Shown here: positions 24,245 through 36,900 of the stretch, in pieces
Position numbering within the stretch: position 1 is the stretch's first letter
Layout: every line of letters starts with the position of its first letter
Assembly (NCBI GenBank): GCA_965235115.1
Contig: OZ249436.1
Span: 12,216,001 to 12,276,000 of the forward strand
DNA: 60,000 nucleotides
From: Laetmonice hystrix
Lineage: Eukaryota
Direction: 5' to 3'
Program-made: the position numbers and the translations under genes
The notes under the pieces: model-generated
Told to the model about the DNA's origin: nothing
What the model saw: only the letters and a program-made list of their open reading frames with translations
Databases searched by the model: none

Positions 24245-24953
24245 CGTGGTTCACATAAACATTGAAAACACAGCTGACACTCAGTCTATCACCCACGTTT
24301 ATTGCCGCCGACACATGCGCTCATCTGGCGGCTGTACTCTCAAAGTCAATTATGGTTTACAAAGTTACATAATGACTATAAGAAATAGACCTGTTTCTCT
24401 ATAGATATTTCTTAATGCCGAATTTACACACTTCTGGGTAATTTTACAAGTTTTTGGCATTAATAACCACCAAAAAAATCTAAATATGATATAGTAATCG
24501 ATTATCGAGAGTAGTCGACCGGTTCCTCTCTCCTGTTTTCCCCTCTCTTTTTGTGTATGCCTAATACTACCGCTAGATGTCACTGGAGTACTTAGAACAA
24601 AAAAAGTTATAATTTCTTTTGAGAAAACGAATTCACCGAATATCTTAAATTTTGGAATCTATGGATCTATTTAAATTTCAGGGTACCCTGTTATCTTTAG
24701 TCAAGGAAGTTCTGTCGTGTTTTATTTTATTGGGGTGTCCACCACTTACTGGGTCACTGAGTGCAGCCTCAGAGGGGTGACCTCCGGCTCCGGCGAGTTA
24801 GACCATTTTGGGAACGAGGCTGAGTTGGGAAAGCTTCGACGCCATCATTACCGTTTGGCGAACGTAGCAGTGAGGAAAAGGGAGTTTAGTTTACAGAAGA
24901 AGGCATCGAGTGCAAGACAGCTTTGGTGGAAATCACTGTTTATTGAATTAACA
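24245..24953. promoter_or_regulatory. Bidirectional promoter/5' UTR region shared by POLR3A and SF1
   Basis: Divergent start codons at 24244 (-) and 24954 (+), about 710 bp apart. CpG-containing; CTCF-like motifs at 24317-24331 (-) and 24570-24583 (+). Confidence 0.65.
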
Positions 24954-27900
24954 ATGACGAAAAGGGAAGCAGACTTCACGGGAATGGAAACTCTTGTTGG
25001 ATTTGAACCTCGTAAGTTGCGCCAGTCTACCACTGCGGGCAGTACTGCCAGTGCCCGGCAGTGGGGACACGTTGTCGTTGGATGGGTTTCGTTGGTTGTT
25101 GTGACCCCTTTGTCCTTACTGCCTCAGTGCTTTCAGACATGGTGTCACGATCTCCGTGAACCCCACCACTGGGAGGAGCTTGACTTCTTCTCGTTATAGG
25201 CACGATATTGCCCCTGACCTTGTCATTGACACGATAATTTTAATTTGGCAGTGCCAGTGGTTATTTTGCCGGCATGTGTGTGTGTGGGGGGGGGGGGGGG
25301 GGGTCATGTGACTCTAATACTGGATTCCTATTGGATGATCGTGTATTAAATTTACAACCAATTTGAGATTAAACTAACACCCTAACGGTTAAGCCTAAAC
25401 CTTAACCCTAAGCCTAACCCAAACTTATGATATTGTTTCGCATGTTTGGCGCCAGGCCATTGAGAAATGGGGACCCAGTTTCGCGGTCTGTTTTCTCGGG
25501 CGGTCTGTAATCTCCGGGAGCATGGTTTCCTATCAGGGTTTCCGCCAGAAAACAAAATTAGGGTGACCTCCAGTCGTCTGCTAGCTGATGGGGGTGGAGT
25601 TTTCTTCCAAACAGTAATAAACGACAGCCTGGAGAGGCAAATTATGGACCAAAACTGACGGAGGCGAAAAGGGTTATTACGTGAGACTCCATGATCCTGA
25701 CCTGATATTTCGGATAGTTTACCGAGAATGATACAAATACACACGACTGCAGCCCACCTCCCGAAGATTCCAGACAGCGGAGAAAACAGACCACGACACT
25801 GGGTGTTTAGAAAAATGGGGTCCCAGTTGAAAAAAATTAAATGGGGTCCCAAAATAAACTCAAACTGAACCAAACATTGTTATATATGGTGGATACAGTC
25901 TGTTTGAGAAAATATCTTTTCTGGGAGTGGTTTCACGAAAATATTTAAGGGCAGGATTCCACTTTAGTTTTAAGTCACCCATTTCAAAAGTAGGCAGGTG
26001 TTTCTGTCAAAGATAGGATTTTTGAGATTGCCTGATCCTATCAATCTTTTTAACTATGATGGTATACACAAGTATGCATCATGGAAATTTTCAATTCAGA
26101 ATGAATTCCAAATATCACCAGACAGAAGGAGCCCTTACCTTAGGTCTACTGGCGTAATACTAATAGATCTATGGCCTACCTGTAGCCACAAACTCGCTTG
26201 TCCTTTACCCTTGCAACCCCCCCCCCCTCCCACCAGCTACCAGGACATCCCGCCCATCCTCATTTCCTCCCCCCCCCCTCCCGCTCGCCTGACGGGACAT
26301 CCCTGCCCACCCTTGCCTCCTCCCCAATCCTGCCCAACTGCCAGGACAGCCCCACCCTCCTCCCCAATCCTGCCCGACTGCCAGGACATCCCCACCCAAC
26401 CCAGTCTCAGTCACCCGACCGAGACTGCACCCAACCTTGCCTCCTGCCTGAATCCCAAGACAGCCATGCCCACCCTGGCTGCCACAACGGCCAGGCCAAG
26501 CAAAAAGCCGGGGCACTGACGACGTGCATTCACTGCATACACGGGACGTGCCAGCTTCTTCATTTTTGTGTCGTCCCCCCTCCCCCACCCAATTTCGTTG
26601 AAAAAATTGATACGACGGACGGCTTTCATATCATCAGCATAAGCAGCAATAAGCGACCTGTTAGTAAATCAGTCATCAGGGGATGTCGCTGTTTGGGGAT
26701 GTCGCCAATTGGGGACAAAATTCTTAGTACTTAAGACAGGCCCCAGAAATACTGCTGACTGGATGTTAATTGAAGTTAAACACACACTACTCAGTCACTC
26801 ACTCCAGTAATAGGGTGGATGTTTGATGTAAGAAACATACTTAACATAGGCATTGGAAGATAATTTTTTCCGAGGGGGGGCTAAAGTCAGCCAACTCAGG
26901 CCAACTCATTGACAAAATAGGCTGCTAGGCACAGCTGAGTGGGGTTCGGCAAAGGGCGACTCTGCCCCCTGCTTGGATCATGTCCGAAGGCCAAAGCAAC
27001 CTCAAAAACCTCCAAACAACCCTAATTTTATTTTACACTCCTGGTCCCCAGTCAATCATTTCTGGCCCCAGGACATCTTATGCCCACAATTATACAGGGG
27101 TCGAATTACGTTGGTCAGGGGGCACGGCAATAGTTGCCTCAGTGGACATCCTGTGATTTGTAAGGGCACCGCGGCAATTTCAAGGACTGTTGAGGGGCAC
27201 CAAGGCAATTTTAAACTTTTGAAGGGGCACCAAGGCAAATCACACATTAATCTTATTGACAAGCCCGTATACATAACATTCTTCAATCAGAGAAAAGGCC
27301 GCTGACGACAGATAAAATGATAATGATAGGCAAACGCCGCAAAGAAGGGCACCAAGGCAAGAGGTGAAAAGGGCACGGCATTTTATTGCCGCCGTTAGAG
27401 ATACAATTAAAGGGGCATCACAGCAAAGGCTAAAGAAGTCACGGCATTTGCCGTGGTTGCCGTCGTGTAATTCGACCCCTGATTATAAATAAACTACCCT
27501 GGGCTTACCTTAAGTGAAATGCCAGCTTGCTGAGTGGTAATAAAACTTATTTGGTCAGGGTGGAATTGAATTTAAGGCTTGTTCAGAATCTGAATTTTTA
27601 AACAGTTTGGCTTCAGTTGTAAAAGTTGGTACTAGAAGATACATGTATTAAATTCCAACCTTTTTTTCTACAGAACTGTCATCAAACTGGCCTCCAGAGC
27701 CAAGGAAACGCAAGAAGCGTAGCAGATGGGGAGGTGATGACTCTGAGAAGGCTTTCATCCCAGGAATGCCCACAGCTGTACCCATGGGCATGACAAAGGA
27801 GCAGGAAGAACAGTATCTAGGTAGGCTATAATGAACACAACTGGCTCTCTGTTTAGGACAGGACAAAACAGAACTCAATAAAACCAACAGACCGAGCAGA

Positions 27901-30900
27901 CATGACAGATAGGCCACCGATTGGTATCATTTAAATTGGTTATATTTAATGACTTACTTCCGTGACAGCTTTTGGGGTTCCTTTTTCATTTTTTTAACTT
28001 CAGTCATGAATGTGAGCTCGGAACAATCACCTAGAGGCTAGACAGGACTTCTACTGCCAGCTCCCTGACATTCGTAACATCCAAACTCATTGACGAAGAC
28101 CATTCTGGACAATGTTTTAATAGACGAACGTTCATAATTAATCTTTATCTTTGCTGCCATTACTAAGGTACAGGAAACACTTGGAACAAATATCTAATGA
28201 ATCTTTTTCTTCCTTCCCCCATTAAAAACTATCAATGTTCTCCCATCGCAATAAAATACACCCAGGAAGAATATAACAATGCTTTGTTTTACATGTGTAC
28301 TGAATAATTTCTTTACATCCTGACAGTATGCTCGTGGGACACAGTTTTTGATTGTGTATCATATGTTTGAAACATGTTGATAATAATCCTTTATCCTTAT
28401 GAAGTATATTGTTTGTATACTTGTAGATACATAAAGTTGAAAGAAATGAAATAATACTTTACAGAGATAGTATAATCAGTATTTTTCCCCACAGGATACA
28501 TACTCGTAATGCACATTTCTATAACCATAACAAAAAGCATTTGAAATTTCAGCTGGAAGAGATGTTTCAAACTTATTGCATATTTTTATTTAAATATTGT
28601 GATACATATTGTTTTGACATAAAAGTATAATTGGTATATTGAAGCTTTCAGCTTTTATTTGATATCAACCTGACAACATTGCTTGATTTATAAAAATGAG
28701 CCAGTTATTGTCTGATATTGTTTTTATGCTGTCCAAGGATATGTCGGGAACGGTCATAGAATCAGTGTAGTGTGCAAAAACATTCAGTTTTGTGAGATAG
28801 AGACACAATTAGGTTGGTGATAGATGTTGGTGCTAGTTATTTGTAGCAGGAAAGCCCGGCCTGCTCCTGGTTGTCATTGTGTTAATCTAAAAAAATAAAG
28901 CTAAAATGCTGTGCTATTGTATGTTAAGTAAGTAATGTGGTCACCCTGATACAGTGGAGTCCGGTTATAACGGACATGCTTATAATGAATTCCCCCATAT
29001 AGCGAAGTAGGTCAAGTGGCAACAGACCTCAAGTCGGTAGGCGTGGGCTGGGCAGGGAATAAACTGTTAACTGGACACTTCATTACATAATGACTAGACT
29101 AGACTACGAGGCTGTTTTGGAACCACCCCTCAAAAAATTGGCACAATAATATATTTCATAATGATGGTAAAAAGTGATAACATAACAGCATTGATGCCTA
29201 TAGATCTATATAGGTCCAAAACAAAAAATTGATTAGTGATTAGTCCTATATTTAGGCCTAACTAGAGAGCACTCTAGTAGCAGTTACGGACCTAAGGACT
29301 AAATCTAGTAGGGAGAGACCCCTGGTGGCCAACTGAAACATTAAAGGCGTCTCCCGCTTATATAACCAAATTCCACATACAATGAATTTTTTCCACAGTC
29401 CCAAGTACATGTACTTCTTTATTTATATAACTGGACTCCACTGTACATATGTTCTGGATGTATCTGCTTCATTCAAAACTTTCAAAAAATAATTATTAAT
29501 TTGATTGATTTACTATGCCAATGAAGGCTCTTTCAGAATAAAAATTAAATTCCCCCCCCCCCCCAAAAAAAAGAATTAAAAAAGTCAACGAAATCCCTTA
29601 GCTTCTGAGAACAAGCTTCATAAATCCAGGGGATAGAGATTATTTTGGAAATTAGTGGTGGGAGGGGATATTGTGCCTGTGCTGGGATCAGGTTGGGCCT
29701 CAATATTGCGATACACTTCAATGGATCAAAACAATAAAAAATAATCCCATACATTTTCTAAAACACAACAGTTGTACGAATTACGCCATTTCAGAATTCT
29801 GCTCAATTATAACAGGTGGTCTCCATCTCTAGGTTGTTATGCACCAGCATTTAGTATGCTGCCATGCAGTGACAATAGGGCAGGCCAAACGGGCAATGAT
29901 GCCGCATAAAGATGAGTCACTAGTATTTAGAGGCGATTCTTAAAAATATAGTGATCTAGATATATGTAGATGCACTGTGCATAAACACCATGACATTTTC
30001 TACAGAAATACAGTTGAGTTTTTTATGGTGCAGTACAGTAATATCTCATTATTGTTGTAATCTTTGAAATATTCTCATTCAAAATGTGAAAATCTCTTCA
30101 AATGATTTTAACATAATGAGATGTCTGATGAGAGACAAAAACCAAGCCTGGCCCGTGCTGTGCATTGGACAGTATGGGTTAGCACTTGCACTAGAGCTGC
30201 ATTTGTTCCTGACATATCCTTGGTGAATAGCTTAAATAGGGCAGTATCTACAGCACCATTAACTTACAGTGTTTAATAAAGCTTTTTGAAATGAAGCCCC
30301 TAATTATCTGGCAACATATGTGACAAAGTTATATTATGCAGATTTTTTTATCCTTAGCAAAAATCATTCATTGTGATGAACTTTATAATTTCTACATAGG
30401 GGCCTTCCAATGTTATGCTAGTTGATATTAGTTTAGTAATATAAATACTACACTAACATGATCTAGTGTAACATTGTGATAATCCCTACAGTACATCCTG
30501 AATATAATAACCGTATTTTGAAGGAACGTGCCAAATACAGAATTCATTGTTAATATGGATGAAATTAGAGAACTAGATTTTACTATCAGAAAAGTAATTA
30601 AGAAAGTAACCAAAATATAATAACAAAGTTATTGCAAATGTATGAGTTCTGTGTCAGAAAGTCATTTACAAAATTACTACCTGTTGCTCTATAGTTTCGA
30701 TGACACAAAGGTGGTGCTCTAGTTACTTGTCCTACATGTATTGTTGCTGAGCAAAGAATTAACCATGTTTTGTTTCCTATTTTAACCCATTACGTTCCAG
30801 TGCAACTACAGATCGAGGAGATCAGTCGTAGACTGAGAACGGGCGACCTGGGGATCCCACCCAACCCTGAAGACAGGTTTGGTGAATGGCCGCAAGCCAC

Positions 30901-33900
30901 TGCTTCATACCGAACTTTAATGCTCCTCATCACATGACATGGTTTCCATGGTTTCCATCTACAGCCGCAGGCACCTGACCCTGGGCATCTAGACCATCAT
31001 GCAACAAAAACCAAAAAGTCACACATAAAGATAGTATTCAAAATGATAAAAAGTCACATAAAAACGGTTTAAATTCTATGATCTTACATCGGGGAACAAG
31101 TCGTTTTAACATAGGAAATTATAGTTTTACTTAAAATTATGGAGTCGACTGTGTGATTATGTCAGAACCCTGGCCTATATTGTGCTATTTGATGTATGTT
31201 CAGCTAGATAATTACAAAGGTCAACTTGCACATAGTTATGACCTTGATACTATTGATATAGATACTTTGTTTTCATGAGAAAGCTCTACTCATCACTGTA
31301 TCAGTCATTCTAATCTTTGTTTTATGTGCTACACTCATGGAAGACATACCTTCACTGGATGTATCTTATTTGATAATAGCACCAAAAATCTGGAACTACA
31401 TGGGAAATACCTGCTTAGACGAAATATAATTTATTCAAAACATTGTTTGACATAGAAACCTGTAGGACCTATATCAGCATGAAGTTAAAACACACAAACG
31501 AATGAATTATTGTAAAAGGAAGGAAGTGCCTTATGCCTGATATTTGTACAGACCAGGCTAATACAAATGCCAGAATTTGATAGCTTTTGGTTAGGAAATT
31601 GATGGGGAGTTAAATTTAAAAATTTGTTAATGGGAATTCTAGTCGTCTTTAAAGTAACACCAAAAATTCCTCAGGTACATGTACTTACCTTCGAACCCCA
31701 GGGACACCATGTTAAAATTTCAGGGTCTAGCAGTAAGCGAAAGTATGTTAAAAGCTGAAGGGCAAAATATGTCTCCATTTGCTTCAACACCAATTCCACT
31801 GCTATATTTTGTGATCTCTAAATAAATTGCCACTAATGCCCAGCTTGGGAAAATAGAGGACGGGCAGTAGGGTAACTCGGAAACTTGACATAACTCACGT
31901 TTTGCTTATCACTCGAACCTAAAATTTTAACATAGTGTCCCTGGGGTTCAAAGGTAAGTAACTGAATTTTTGGTGCCAATTTAAGAAATACAATTTTCAA
32001 AGGTGTGTCGTTTGCAGAATGTAAAGCAAAATGGAAACACTATTGAACCTTAACTTGTCTTGAGTGCCTAAATACAGTGAACATTGTCAGGAGGGAATAG
32101 AGGCTGCGGTATATCGGGATCTGCTTCCAGTATATGAACTGCAGACTTAATACATTAGAACTTTAAAAGAAACGGTGCTTGATAAGTTGGAGAACCAAAA
32201 AAGGAGTCTTGGTTAGGTAAAAGAGGATCTTGTATTTCTCGGTTTCTGTTGTACATTGTACTTAAAGGATAGACTGGTCAGTTGTTAAGCTCGCAGCCAT
32301 CCCCTGATCCAGGCAGACAAGAGGCAGTCAATAATCCCTCAGACAATTCGGAAGTGCATCTTTAGCATAGTAGGTCGCATCCAAGATATATCTAAGACAT
32401 GTCATTTGAGTTCTAGAAAGCATGCCTCTTAGATTAAGAACACATTTATAATGCAAAGGGAGCTACGAGTTTGTGCTGCCTGAAGGGGCTAGATGTCGGT
32501 TGATACAGGAGTTCTGTGGTGCCGGTAGTAAAATCATGCACAAATTCTTAGCCTCCATTGACGTTACTTGATAAATTCCCCTTTGGTAGCAGTAATTCCT
32601 TCAACATCGATGATACTAGTGGGAGCCTGGCATATAGTGTTTGTCGAATCCAGTGTCCTGTTTTGAATAGGATGGAAAAAATGGGATCAGACTTTTTCCT
32701 ACCATGCTATCGCCACACTGGGCGTGTCTACGATGACGATACCCTGTTAGTGTTATGTTAGGTTTTGTTCAGCTGTTAGCGGTATGTTGTATGCAGGATA
32801 TCTGTCGTACCAGCACAGTATGCATGTGTAAACGAGATCAACAAACAGAAATAGGATCCCCAACAGTTGGTTCTACTTTGCCCTGGTGCCGGTTCAGTCA
32901 GGTCAAGCTTATAGTGGTGTGGATGGCCAACTCCTGACCCCGTCTAGATGACAGGTCTGAGAAGAGTACATAACATTTTACTTGCGCTATACGGTTGCTT
33001 TGCAAGATCAGCACAGACTGTTCTGTTATATTGCACAATGTTACTAACCTTGCACACACACATTTCTCATGAAAACAAATGTGCAGAGAAACAGAAAATT
33101 GACCCCAGTCCCGTTGCATGATGGTCTCAACAGGTATGATATAGTTTAATAGTATTTTTCTTTTCTTCCATAATAATTTACTGATTTTAAAAGGGTACCG
33201 GTAGGTGCTTTGAGGTGTGTGATTCCTACTGTTTACTTTGACAAGCATGGACAATCACTTGTGACCTAAATCCGACTCTTCATTTGAAAAGAAACTTCAA
33301 GGGAACTCTACTACGATATGTTCAAGATATGTACTTAGTCCTCAAATTGTAAACCCATGAGACCAACCATTCAGATCCGTTGCCTGAGCCAAATTTTGGA
33401 ATGGTAAGTTCTCACGGCCACTTTATCCATTTTGATTGTTCTGAGATCTTATGATAAAGGACTTACATTTTCTTTGTCTTATCCAGGACAGTGTGGGAAT
33501 CAGTTAATCGCTTTTGATAATGGAATGAACCTTTCATCCTTCTGTAGGTTGTTTTAGGAGAAATTGGTTGAAACTGGTCTCTAGTCCTTCCTTCGCCCCA
33601 GAGGTTATAATGAAATTGACACATTTTCAGGGTCCAGTAATCTCTGAGAACTTCCAGGTCCATCATGATTTGTCTCTTTTCAAAGATAACCATGTGCAGT
33701 TGCCTTTAGCACGTCAAGGGAATTCATGGGAAGGGTGGTACATATTTATGTCTATCAGTATTACCTGATACTGGGAGAACATAACAATAGAGGATCATTT
33801 GTCAACTTTGACCCAGACATCCCCCCCCCTTTTTACTGCCTACCTGTGGTCCTGTCCTTAGATGCAGTCGGTATCAAATTGAACGTGTCCAGTTATCTGT

Positions 33901-36900
33901 AAAGCTTAACATGCAAGTACTGTTTGTGTATGTAATAGATATTCTTGATTACCATATAAGACAAAAGTTGTCTGCTTCTAGCTAAACACCCCTGCAATGA
34001 AAGCCCCATGCCCAGCTGTCTGTTCCTTTCCAAAGAGGTAGAAAAGTACCGAAAAGCATTTTTTTACTGTTTTTAGGAAGTGGGCGGGGGAGAGGGAGTA
34101 TGATCGAAGCCAATGCATACAATATACCAAATTTAAATGGCAGCAGCTAAGCGTTTTCTTTACTACTTTTTTTCTACTTTTATCTTCAACATAGTGTGGG
34201 ATCAAACCATTGTCAGCCAATGGACATGGGGCTTTTCACATACAAAACTCTTATTGTGGGTTGGCTTGCTTTTTTAGGTTCACCTTGATTGGGCATATAA
34301 TAAATATGACAACCTTCTGAGTGTTAACCCGAAATTGGTGTTTAAGTTCACCAGTGTAACAACACCAAAGCATGTGTGGAATATATTGTAATGTATAATC
34401 TATATATACAGTTTCCCTTTTAAATACATTAATTTCTTGACAAATTTTCCTGATATTTTTATATAAAATTATTTTCAGCAGTTCTGCCCACTGCCCTGTG
34501 TATACCTCCTAATGTTTTATATAATAATAAATCCCAGCACCTATCTATTCAGCAGCTACAAGACATGCTTCGTCATGAAATCCTGGACATGTTTTAACAT
34601 ACAATTTGAATTAATATTCTTCCGTTTCATGTGAACCAGTGTTTGGGGATATGGGAAGGAGGGACAATTTAAATACCTACCAATAAAAAATACTTAGAAT
34701 AGTGCCATATAAGATATTAATACGTGGAGAATCTTTAAAATACAATAATGCACACTTGTCATTACAAGGGAATATGTTATCTCAGGATCACTTTTATCAG
34801 ACCTCACGAAGAAAGTTTCAAACAAGTGGGGGAGGGGGGCAGGTACTGATTAGTATTCTTCCATTATAAAATTAATTCTGACAAATTAGGGCAAACTATT
34901 GATGGCAAACTATTGATTGCAAATGTGTATGGTAGTAGGTTTCACAATTTGACATAACTAATAGTGTATCACAAAGTCTGCCAACGGTTGGTACTGGTAT
35001 GTGTAAGGCTAGGGCTCTATGTGCACTTTTTGAAAAACAGCCTAAACCAAAGCAAAATCCACCACACCAACCAGTAGAACCCTTTGCATGCGCCAACTTC
35101 GTCCACTGGTCATTACTGATGCCCATGGCATGGAGACTGTGGACTTCTGCAGTGGCAGTACATGGCTTCTGTCAGACTTAATTTTTTTTATTAATAATAG
35201 TCCGGTAATATAATAAATTTATTCATCATATATATGATGTTTTTGCGATTTTTGACCAAATTCAGAATGTTAGTGCCATTTCGGGATAATGTATAAGCGG
35301 GAAGGTTTTTACACTCGGTTGTGGAATTATTCAAGACTGACCAGTAGCCACAAGCACTGGGACTGGAGTCAATGCAGTCTTCCTGAGTGTTGCTTTTTTA
35401 AAGTGAGTCTTAGAATAACTGAATGTCCACTATTTTACATGCTTTGTTTAAGATATAATTGGCTTTGATCTAATTACTAAAAGTGAAAAAACGGACCTTA
35501 ACATAAAAGTTAAAGTAAAATTGTTATTGGTGGTGACATGAGTTACCGGTACTTCTCCAGTCTGAGGCTATGTACTGCTCAGTGTGCAGACCTGCAGAAG
35601 TCCCTCTCTGTTAGTTTCAATCCCGGCTTATTTAGGGCTGGGTGTTGAAACGTGTGCCTCATCAGGCCACCTTTTATATCCAGGTCTCCTTCACCTGAGC
35701 CGATATACAACAGTGAAGGCAAACGGCTAAACACACGGGAATACAGGACAAGGAAACGTCTGGAGGAAGAACGGCATTTGGCGATTCAAAGGGCTCTTAA
35801 ACTAAACACAGAGTACAAGCCTCCAGCTGATTATAAGTGAGTACTGGTATTGGCCAATTTAAGATGTAGACAATCAGATATGTTGTACTTTGGTAATTTC
35901 TTTGGAGTAGTAAACTTGAAAGAGGTCGTTAAATCAGAAAATATAAAGTTAATGGTTGAGAGATTTCAATGACTCATTTCAATGACTCCAAAATGCAGAC
36001 ATGGTATCTTAGGTTAGATAAGGCCTTAGACGCCTGATGAATTTCATTGGATGTCATTGAAATGAGAGATACTCTGTGATTGGTTTTAACAAATTGACTT
36101 AATAACATATTTGACATTGTATAGATGATATGTGGAAAGTTTAATTTATTGTTAAAGGCCACCAGTGATCCGGGTGAGTGACAAGGTAATGATTCCACAG
36201 GAGGAACATCCAGATATCAACTTTGTTGGTCTGCTTATCGGGCCACGAGGAAACACACTGAAGAATTTGGAAAAAGAGGTAAGTCAAAGTTCACTGCAAC
36301 ATTGAAAGGACACGGGTTCACAGCCATCGATTTTTTATGGGAAAACTACCTCTTACAGCGGTCATCATAAACTACCTACCTACCTTTCAGACTGGTGCCA
36401 AGATCATTATCCGTGGAAAGGGCTCAGTGAAGGAAGGGAAGATAGGCCGTAAAGATGGCCAGCCGTTGCCCGGTGAGGATGAGCCCCTTCATGCTTATGT
36501 CACCGCCAACAATCCGGAGAACGTGAAGAGGGCAGTGGAAAAGATAAAGGAGATCATTCGACAGGGTATCGAGGTTCCTGAGGGTCAAAATGATCTTCGT
36601 CGTCAGCAGCTGCGGGAACTGGCCCTTCTCAATGGAACCCTCAGGGAGAATGATGGCCTCAGGTAATGTTCAAGTATTGAAAATTTCAGTCAGCTTTCCA
36701 GTATAATTTTTCTTGGTAGCTGTTTGCAAGATTAGTTGAAGATCATGTCTGGTTTTATTAAGATATGCCAAAAATAGTCGTATGCTTCTATAAAATACAA
36801 CCGTTCTGTTTGTGTTGCAGCAAGCTGAAGCAACTACAGCAGGCTCAGAGTATTGTGACCAATACAATCATCTGTACTGTGTGTGGGGGAACTGGACACA

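Noticed and set aside
25375..25423. Interstitial telomere
   Set aside because: Only a few degenerate CCTAAC units next to a MITE (similar at about 23362-23400); typical of repeat-element subterminal sequence.
25998..26734. Long Pro-rich ORFs (173 and 178 aa)
   Set aside because: Produced by a C-rich minisatellite inside an SF1 intron; open in several frames with no domain signature.
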